NCBI GenBank assembly: GCA_965644315.1
Contig: CBFFRQ010000056.1
Coordinates: 124,001 to 188,000 of the forward strand
DNA length: 64,000 nt
Direction: 5' to 3'
Origin: Caecitellus pseudoparvulus
Lineage: Eukaryota > Protista > Bigyra: Bicosoecida
In this document: piece by piece, positions 59,901 through 64,000 of the stretch
How positions within the stretch are numbered: position 1 is the first letter of the stretch
Layout: the number at the start of each line of letters is the position of its first letter
Program-made: the position numbers and the translations under genes
The notes under the pieces: model-generated
What the model was told of the DNA's origin: nothing
The model's input: only the letters and a program-made list of their open reading frames with translations
The model's database searches: none

Positions 59901-62420
59901 GTTTGCCATCACGTCGCGGTCGGGCAGCGCGGCACGCCCGCCCGCAGACAACGCCGCGCCCAACCGCCCACTCGTGCCAACAACGCCCTCTGCAGCCTCA
60001 GCCGCATCTGCGATGCCATCTCCGTCCATCGCATACACGGCAGAGGAAGCAATCGTGTTCACTGCCGCCAGGCTCGCGCCACCTGACGTCGTTGCAGCGC
60101 CCTGCAGCCCTGAGCCCGCCGAAGCCAGGGAAGCGGTGCTGCGGGCCAACACCTCCATCTCGTCGGTGCCCAGCTTGCGTTCCTTCGCCTTGCTAGCCCC
60201 TGCACTGGGCTGTGCCGTCTGGCGCCCCAGTGCTGCCGCCCGGCGGAACAGCTTGTGCTGCGTGTACAACGCGACGGTGAAGGCAGCGTCGCCGCCGCGG
60301 AGCCACGCGGCAAGCCCCCGGAACATCCACTGGCGCTGCTTGGAGTCCATGAGCAGCATACACTTCAGCTGGGTGGTGGCACGGACTCCCCCGTGGGCGG
60401 CTGCCGTCAGCTCCAGCAGGAAGTGCTGCTGCCGCTCCGCTGGCAGGCGCAAGAAGGTGTGGAAGGCGCCCCGCGTCGGCGCGATTGTGTTGAAGAAGTG
60501 GGCCTTGCGCCGCTGCTCCGCCAGCAGCGCAGCTCGAGCTGCCAGGCGCCACATGCGCCCAGCACGCCGGCGGCGCCCCGTCGCAACGGCCGCCTCGGCT
60601 GCTTCAGCTCGCGCCCGCTGCGCCTCCAGCTCCGCTTCCAAGTGTTGAATGCGGCGCTGGGACGCCGCCCACGCATCTGCATACACAATGGAACTCGTGT
60701 ACAAATGCACTGGGTCCTCCAGGGGCAAGGCGGCAGCTGCCTGTGCCGCTCGGTGCAGAGCAAGGGAGTCGTCGCCCTTGCTCTCAGCTGCGGCCTGCTT
60801 GCCCTCTGCAAAGGCATCTGCGGCGGCATGGCGCACAGCCCCCTCTGGCCCAACATAGCCGCCTGCACTTGTGGCATGCTCATCTTTGCGTGGGCGCAGC
60901 ACAGACGCCGCGAGGAGGCGCAGGACACGCAGAGCCGTGCTCAAAACGCTGCCACTGCCGGTGCGGAAATTTGCCTGCACGCCGGAATGCGACGGCAGCC
61001 GACCCTTGGATCCTGCGCCCCCACGAGGCGATGCCGCGCTGCCCTCTCCCCACTCGCCCTGCAGTTGACGAGTGGTGGCTGGGTGTGTCAGCAGCACCTG
61101 CATGGCGTGCAGGCACGCAACAGTCAGCATGCCCAAGTTGAAGTGCTCGCCAGGCCGGGCGTTGTGCAGTGTGTGCGCAGCGTGCTGCGCATGCTGCGCT
61201 TCTCCCCGCCCACGACTGTGCCTCCGACTGCGCTTGGACCTGTGGGGGGGTGGGAAGGCCCCTTCCACAGGGGGTGCTGGCGCCTTGGTCTCGCCCCCCT
61301 CTGACGTGTGCAACGAAGACGTCGCAGCAGCCCGCACAGTGCTAGCCACCCGCAAACGAGCCGTGCGCACAGAGGACTGAGCTGAGCGCCCTGACGACGC
61401 AGACGTCGGCCGAGTCCCTGCCGTCATCATGCTGGCCGAGTGCATGGAGGTGGCCCGAGCTGGTGCAGAGGGCGGCTGAGGTGCGCCTTCTGCACCCTGC
61501 TGTCGAGGGCGCAGCAATTCCGCGCCGCCGCCCCCCGCCACCACCTCGTCCAGAGTGGGGGGCGCAGGGGGCGGCACGGGGGCAGGCCCGTCCTCTGTTC
61601 GCGCATTCACCACCCCCAGCGCCCGCGTGAGCAGGTACTCCACGTACACGACAGGGGATGAAAAGAGGCGTTTGGCGTCCCCGGCGCCGCCGCCGCCGCC
61701 TGTGCCGTACGCGTCAGCGGCACGCACGTTGGCCATGGTGGCGGTGATTTCCGCCAGGAAGGCTGCGATGCCCTCTGGCCCCACCTCCTGCCCCTCCTCG
61801 GAGCTGGCGCCGTGCCACACCCGCCACACGTCCAGCGCGTCGCCCAGCCCGCCATCAGAGCCGGTTGGCGGGGGGCTGTCCAGCCCACTCTCCACGATAC
61901 CGAGGACTTCAGAACCCAGGGCAGAGGCTGAATCTTTGAGGTGGCTGTCTGGTGCAGGCACATCCGACGGGTCTGGCGCGAACACCCGCTTGCGCAGTGT
62001 GGGTTGCCGTGCCTTGGCGTTGGGATGACCCCCTGCACGGGGACCACGACCTGCGCCACCACCTCGAGTTTTCCCAGGTGGAAATCGCGCAGACCGCCAC
62101 CCATCGCCATGTTCCTGTCCATACTGTGCAGCAAGCGGGTGTGCAGTTCGTATGGCGCTCAGAAAGCCCAGCGCAGTCTCCCAGCATGGTCGCCCAGCGA
62201 CGCTAAACCGACTCACACCTTGCCCGCCGACAGGCGCAGTGGAAGCCAGCCTTGCGCTGGAACTTCGACTTTCTCCACTGTATGCCACTCGTAACAGCGC
62301 GTCTGCAGCTGCACTGGTTCGCTGCGCATCCTCAATGCCCCTAGCCACGGCTCCCGCTCCCTGGGCTGAACGGTGGTGGTGGGAGCTGCCCCACCGCCTG
62401 CCGTCCCCCCTGCCAGCCAT
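47982..62420 (-). CDS. Giant (~4810 aa) Ala/Gly/Pro/Ser-rich protein encoded by a single stop-free frame; coiled coils and a possible C-terminal EF-hand-like motif
   Basis: 14.4-kb stop-free frame; first ATG at 62420. Coiled coils (RIQHLEAELEAQR; RAEIEDLQARNAGLQSRV). Helical islands (LHGILGRFYEW, RARMFGLLSGW). C-terminal GGLDVDTFLEMAM. Confidence 0.8.
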   Translation of the reverse strand: MAGRGDGRRWGSSHHHRSAQGAGAVARGIEDAQRTSAAADALLRVAYSGESRSSSARLASTAPVGGQGVSRFSVAGRPCWETALGFLSAIRTAHPLAAQYGQEHGDGWRSARFPPGKTRGGGAGRGPRAGGHPNAKARQPTLRKRVFAPDPSDVPAPDSHLKDSASALGSEVLGIVESGLDSPPPTGSDGGLGDALDVWRVWHGASSEEGQEVGPEGIAAFLAEITATMANVRAADAYGTGGGGGAGDAKRLFSSPVVYVEYLLTRALGVVNARTEDGPAPVPPPAPPTLDEVVAGGGGAELLRPRQQGAEGAPQPPSAPARATSMHSASMMTAGTRPTSASSGRSAQSSVRTARLRVASTVRAAATSSLHTSEGGETKAPAPPVEGAFPPPHRSKRSRRHSRGRGEAQHAQHAAHTLHNARPGEHFNLGMLTVACLHAMQVLLTHPATTRQLQGEWGEGSAASPRGGAGSKGRLPSHSGVQANFRTGSGSVLSTALRVLRLLAASVLRPRKDEHATSAGGYVGPEGAVRHAAADAFAEGKQAAAESKGDDSLALHRAAQAAAALPLEDPVHLYTSSIVYADAWAASQRRIQHLEAELEAQRARAEAAEAAVATGRRRRAGRMWRLAARAALLAEQRRKAHFFNTIAPTRGAFHTFLRLPAERQQHFLLELTAAAHGGVRATTQLKCMLLMDSKQRQWMFRGLAAWLRGGDAAFTVALYTQHKLFRRAAALGRQTAQPSAGASKAKERKLGTDEMEVLARSTASLASAGSGLQGAATTSGGASLAAVNTIASSAVYAMDGDGIADAAEAAEGVVGTSGRLGAALSAGGRAALPDRDVMANVKVLLRSADTMGVQRLQVVMGAQDTPAKVRQGEEAPPLVNFGRVQNALVRGEGEFGTLASHWEQVEEQREVDQEAAAAAKEARKERKRARLVAAKQLKRRQRQRVKVAVVAENGGRLPEDWSSGSSGSISSVSTPGPGEDSDDGQWMVRTGGGTAVVSDVWQGGETDGKAAGKPGLAAAALGMVGSRTAGALGVRRVHVGADVQGRSEAEREASLREAGRVAQSKAATAAAAAGPHVPFVAQGMLMVPEARPLLAEARRVAGYDALLRRLGDVLDEEEALKLAADADADDADVDEANARHLLAHADGFKFSRKGGFSRRHMGPPPAGGGGQSMPTPAVTALKAHAQNIRQHSETTSKFAAELAELPADSARARALKEVRAREYVRSLKKRTAAKRGNAAGGDLESTDSEGSTGGAKGAIGWSDKTPREQLLAVYRGRRGGRHRYAVGKRRAMAQWDSSDTDSSQGAPPSDSDSPGGGSDSSDTVWSHGPSGTRMRRRRRRRGRRLAAKPLAGFLANQMVVRDVTSLATDARMMRAEIEDLQARNAGLQSRVNRMRWQLASQRVRRDAVISMAVARARRESDAAYMQATSLAALRPAGWDWAVTPSRLLTMGVPASPGTGVAVSPSTRQLAKGGDTGVAVTGTGQGPGPAPGGTSVALGVAPLEALLGGAAAPPSPPALPTGLGNADLASCLRVLLPTWSAGTVDHAVALQGLVSGGGAAAGNAAWSGLFSPAQQLDNPLVTPQLQQAFAGSGSGAGHGPTPRARALDVAGHAPITAGAPPEAVHRQHMFRSLKAVFHVVNMALGMVVRGGRAGAAGARSVGGTAESSPRAGETNPATVSVHAKQVAQMPVAMLLAAHPRLLALLQGTLKALSAREAAEGAGGGGRAAAVSGPDVGMGGSSMQGGMLLSSPATAAALLSAYSTAHPPQVQMQVRVAEAGQLGGDTPSTCRGYMAEHLATVSPAGGVNLGAVRDVARLLTHASCSAMFAPETTGVSGVGMVMAGVGGAEAGMPPPSPRDSVSSVHVLGRGPAGAAPPRVMLPGGLLPPPSTVAPAAGLGAHSTWSAEHATMAHAAPGQAQDGVNEAAVHRARQDGVLEALASQLDMAGISMPAGVRAATKSGGGGALTTSLRLALSSRPDACLDTLLRLLPAGEAWATLAAAPSGVATWPLLRGVGSTLGARHATHALVAATSAGSRKAARAASKGAGLYASGISAAAPPPRAHARGGGSTTRLAHVASMASDLMGPLVDPALQSWTPRRPCHVLPPGGIALPGSDAADVALAHAAAQSQGDDGDAKPSLAQAQASGAGSVLPSVGGAGSDLAWSPALLAIAGVSAWDAAVLGPSLVQDLLLARLAPVLGAWRAQVAAGVASAVGAVGEWVSPDLHFDVRGGGKRGADKGSVLPTPGVTVMTVAPPLGPPGSRSGHRGRAAPASGGGSSSAAVGAAPLEGYSPATAALMRQIPAAALLGKAFMEYPLGHPCHPLASAPDTYAPLATVMLKAGAKWTYALVSGGPVGQRPPGHPRSLLPAYWGVARSLASWMVTGDHVTTAGLQLTQAEAGAGSGAAAVASLPGGAVPLPRGGRVPPVPVQTLPLSLLPVQPPAVGPLVARNIPSSLGRLFLHRSDTGSTLPLLTQGKAGSALVRSLLAMGAPASTVLAHLPGLEESGASGEVQTTPKDVPAAGPGFSFSTFATQILPPSHAAKASGGGGAAATSKSPRPSAKGKPSEAQGGSGRRGKGYGVAAQPQAPQSMGEAVAVPPDTTAAAPLPLLEPALHPPLPPAAPMGASALAMTITSTLPLTLAQQTFSLETGASARQGGGVGGGLAEAARSAEAAMRMTGTAVSPASRRGGSSPGRPGSHFSLERGSPSPHMLEGGAPRLAPKQGLKGQAAHTASSTVIQQLSEDSEGGKAAPTTPPFAAHDPPPPEAGGDLEGSAFALDMPWTAHADSLVGSQAAGSVAAPLVLDTSSRAGSRAGSETGSSTRPTSRLRLAARALAKQGRAVSPVSRSVSRSSTPSSRPGSARAGRSAGPGRARGVEEACADSPLYVGYARAPPLLASLLRSSPALGLAADLMSRTATSLAMHRLQRASALAAGDATVLPPGWDVGAVAAAAARAGVAAQYGPTLWGAKGGHALAHGSSGAGGGSLTTLARAPPSISAEAVRGLGVGVAPPPPPLQPFHDAGVFLSSPRPSAQVSPDGRPHAGVVGSALGSWASHGTPAKHGNLAWSAAHSRPGVEDSGSLTPRPAPEAAMGALLGQRSLWMGASGAPGSKGSLAGATLLPPLLRGSSEAALALPLGLLRPSPLAGMLAHDGHAVASAICRAFASSSAVLVRSSILWAALARAEAEAKQTENREAARVEDSIVGRTRGGVAGAVALRRGSAPAAPSAGPAPPPPGATFGTPLGDIAGAARAHIRAVLGNTRDITGRSPLHLALESGGSAVAVGGHDTYGEADGYSLGGGGMRQRAVALGEAEAQEGVDAALPAGARALCRLELPLPGVRGVALGSVAPVDNPVEAASVGVLHEPAPTPVGGEVPASSTGGGAAPTSSGHAPAAAAAHQQQQQPEDPSVRKGGEVHQKAVPRHTPGVTLPRVSALALHGILGRFYEWLVRYMPLSGDDIAPSELRVSVAVRPESILLSLNVDRWPGVVLARSAPVPTPATTTVPGRQSSSRGGGSPSKREGTPTGPQPREGDAHATRHGVHHSVSGLDAPPPGRPSGGRGAGAPWEPSAAPGVLAPPPHATLMYTDSVLSYWLRVFYRKYIANSVRQVSVVMGGRFVVVREGDIDVQLARARERARERLRRRGGTSTLPEEGDEGGEGGLGSVGRDSASGSTSPSRRRGRVPDEPLLVTPAELEEVWMSEVRNAVVHFAPTSARARMFGLLSGWTENWWDGSHPAMGVPTATAGTAASAVLAHLSAADGGSREWQSPLVPTASSRSMASSGGASDTSGGGIARAGRSRRRRRMSPRGASGPTGPEGGPIPPGASSVPHTPLRVQVEAVNLYLYLMTTALTLRSGGGGRHGASRAAPASATAPPTASAPHMGTHASPHTDTSVTVARAPLGAGHVSGASLHWRLLVPRQAWGAWAGDGGGSAPPPPLRAGGFVQGRGDRLSHLPGYAAFPRWVSLGQLLRFANAPHLSPTHTTAEYARLMVLAAQGAAMAAQRRRAQAQASGEESGVVVDEFGNVVQREAPGASHLPSGGVSLTSARPSATKRHRLQDHDAALAAAQSYLAGAEAEGVEGGLRGGTPEWAGEGDEGEGGAPPPALSAHTSLLQVRVPTTPSLLLPPAHTAAMQTVQGTVQAAAWLELSTSGAAASRDRHNAAVAAMSDSPTSEAEEAEEGDGGAAAAEGGGSDGGKPPKSKRGKVGPLLTPPPLSLSLAGMPLGHPLHIAGVPAGVAPMAVLPGAQALGTTRRLTLPCRSFPREDAEGAPLLPSAGGSSGGGVPLAHPATDAYAAVLWSFDGAVGIGEGEAVRTAGRAVAGSAEARDAGWWSTTPDGSLPPRALWSQEALPTVAAVTVLPWSRITRMLREVLPPCIRLPDDWVGAGASLFDLQPRPEEEAGSGSLSPRAASRSPRGAATLKNIVSTITAMSKGRRGRGHARAQSVGRTFSGLSGSTSPQHSRAASMPRGRLASMSDVGGEDGGDASTARGRGSSDGGQALGLLSPSGASLTGASTQWVPASMTGLEQLFLGSAKVALAEGVNVTHFMSAGDVLLARAFVQGYTHWAWYRAALVEQSHADNDRVRAAVMADMQLGSSRGQGPGTAQASSPRPAPSPGSKTPASGDEAQAKAGVSLEGASALGPLHSPTAIALGIRDSGLASAAFSFWTPALAARAQVLLESEVLPRFRQAALGGSAGDMLGGGVLGAMMGGADPAAASRAAAHSSAWVLSSAARAAGADAPRGAGGLPSGAGSDGVEEDGTMAGGLDVDTFLEMAMHAWWFLRCATYGAAGLNADVAPVDITAAGREEYPGSHATGL

Positions 62421-62524
62421 GCCGGCGTGAATGCCGAGCCTGCACCTTGCCTGGTCTGCAGGGCAGCAAGTGGTGCAGGTGCATCCCTGTATCGCGGGAG
62501 CAGTGTATTTTGCGCACAGCAGCC

Positions 62525-63814
62525 TCAAGCCGAGCCGCCACCCTGGCCGGCGGCAGCAGCCAACTCGCCAGCCGGCGTCACGACGAGCTTGCGTGCGCGC
62601 ACAGAGGCAGGCAGGGCTCGCTTGCGCTGCCCCTCCCCGCCCTCCCCCTCTGCCTGCGCCGCCAGAGCCAGGGCCTCCTCCTCCGCGTCCGCCTGCGCCG
62701 CCGCCAGCAGCTGCGCCATGCCAGCCACCGCCTTGGGCAGGTGCGCCGCCGGGAACACCAACACCCGGCGCTTGCTCTGCACTGCCGCGCCTTCTGCAAC
62801 TGCGCCCTCGGCGGCTGCCGCCCCGCCACCCTCCACGGTGAAGGCGAAGGAGAGAGAGGCGCCTGCCTCCAGCAACTCCTCCTCAAAGTGCAAGTACCGC
62901 TCCGTGAACACAGACGTGGGCTTGGCGCTGGCCAGGGCCCCGCCGACAAGCACCTCCTCGCCGTCCTCGTCGCTGCCTGAGCCGCTGCCTGAGCTGTCCT
63001 CCTCATCCCCCGTGCGTGCGCGCTTGGCGGGGGGGGCCATGGGCGCTTCTGGCGCGACGCGCTGCTTGTCCATGAAGCATGGGGCGATCAACACGAACCG
63101 CTTGAAGTGGAACTGCTGCTTGTGCTCCTCGGAAATCTGCAGTTGTGCCGGAGGGGGTGGGTTGTGTTTGGGGGCACGGCGGAATCTCCTTGCTCACTGC
63201 AGCCTCGCCCTCACCTCGTTCTCACGAGCCCACGCCAAGTCGTCCATCAGGCACGAGTACAGCGTGGGCGCGATCTCAGGTGGCATGTTCAGCATGCGCT
63301 CGCTCAGGATCAGCCCCGTCGCGCCGTCCTCAGCGTCCCAGGCCTTGGCCAGAGCGGACCGCTTCACCGCACTGGGCGCCTTGCCCAGCAAGTACTTGCG
63401 GACCGCCTTCAGACTGGACGCGGCAGCGTGTCGAGAGACGTTCAGCGCCGTGGCAAAGGCGTAGGCATCGCCGCCCTCCTCGTGCGGCACCGTCACCATG
63501 GTGCCCACAGACGCCTGCGCCACAATGAGGTCAGCCAGGCCGCTGGCGTCGAAGGTCTTCTCCTCGCCGGGCAGCAGGTGCTCCACCAGGCGCCGGACGG
63601 ACTTGAAGTGCACTGGGCGCGGGTCCACGAAGTCAAAGTCGACGTCCAGCAGGTCGTCCTCCTCCCCGTCCTCGCTCATGTCGCCCAGCTCGGCGGCGGT
63701 GGCGGCCAGGTCAAGCCCCTCTTCGTCACTCTCAGTGCCAGAGGAGTCAAAGTCCACCTCCAGCTGGGCCTTGTCCGACATCCCACCGCCTCGTTTGTGC
63801 CCTGCGTCAGCCAT
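62525..63814 (-). CDS. BCCIP: BCP1/BCCIP family protein (60S/uL14 chaperone); exons 63814-63215, 63136-62525
   Basis: DVDFDFVDP...HFKSVRRLV, LADLI..Q.SVGT, AFATALN, GLILSERMLNMPPEIAPTLY, HFEEE. Confidence 0.92.
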
Positions 63815-64000
63815 CGTTCCCCTCAGTCTGCGCCGCGCAGAGTGCGGATTGTTCAGGCACCTGCGGAAATCGATTCCCAGCCCTGCACGAGAAGCTGCAC
63901 AGACGCCAGCAACGGTGAGGTCGCCGTGATCAGATACAGCATGAGAAGGTGGCTTTTGTGCCCATGAATGGCACTGTTGGAGAACAGTGCATTTGTGTTG

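Noticed and set aside
48105-62430. Long + strand ORFs (52111..54663, 56017..59721 etc.)
   Set aside because: Antisense shadows of the 4800-aa gene; no recognisable motifs.
12454-63214. Active introner family
   Set aside because: Introns share only short terminal motifs (GTGCG...GCAG), with no extended sequence identity within this window.
1-64000. Alternative genetic code, programmed frameshifts or non-canonical splice sites
   Set aside because: Every frame break in conserved genes is resolved by an in-phase GT-AG intron, and TGA, TAG and TAA all appear as terminators.
1-64000. tRNA, rRNA, transposase, integrase or viral (endogenous virophage/Polinton) genes
   Set aside because: No recognisable motifs, terminal repeats or AT-rich insertion seen.

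Overview
Gene-dense, GC-rich (roughly two-thirds GC) eukaryotic nuclear DNA with about 20 protein-coding genes. Introns are short GT-AG spliceosomal introns, mostly 60-105 nt. A protist origin, possibly a heterotrophic stramenopile, is a low-confidence guess. Genes in order: a >4300-aa multi-GAF protein (minus strand, runs off the left edge, absent from the ORF track); a PH-ankyrin-FYVE-R-SNARE protein; gamma-glutamyl phosphate reductase (ProA); a GGCT/ChaC-like + shikimate-dehydrogenase-like fusion; a cytochrome P450; a DEAH-box helicase; GPN1; a Dsn1/Mis13-like protein; polyprenol reductase; RtcB; a PRMT7/9-like methyltransferase; PINX1/Pxr1; a divergent eIF5A; a small single-TM protein; an FKBP-like/TPR protein; two unknown proteins; CDC123; an ABHD11-like esterase; a ~4800-aa single-exon protein; and BCP1/BCCIP. 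I found no tRNA, rRNA, CRISPR array or transposon. The most interesting signals are cis-regulatory. AATGCA(C) recurs in sense orientation shortly after many stop codons (candidate non-canonical poly(A) signal). (W)WTTCCGCA recurs in either orientation next to start codons and inside 5'-proximal introns (candidate promoter element). Many introns fold into long hairpins that include a splice site. Gene packing is extreme (38-nt tandem gap, overlapping convergent CDSs). Two unusual domain fusions and an atypical eIF5A also merit follow-up. All exon models and motif counts were done by eye.
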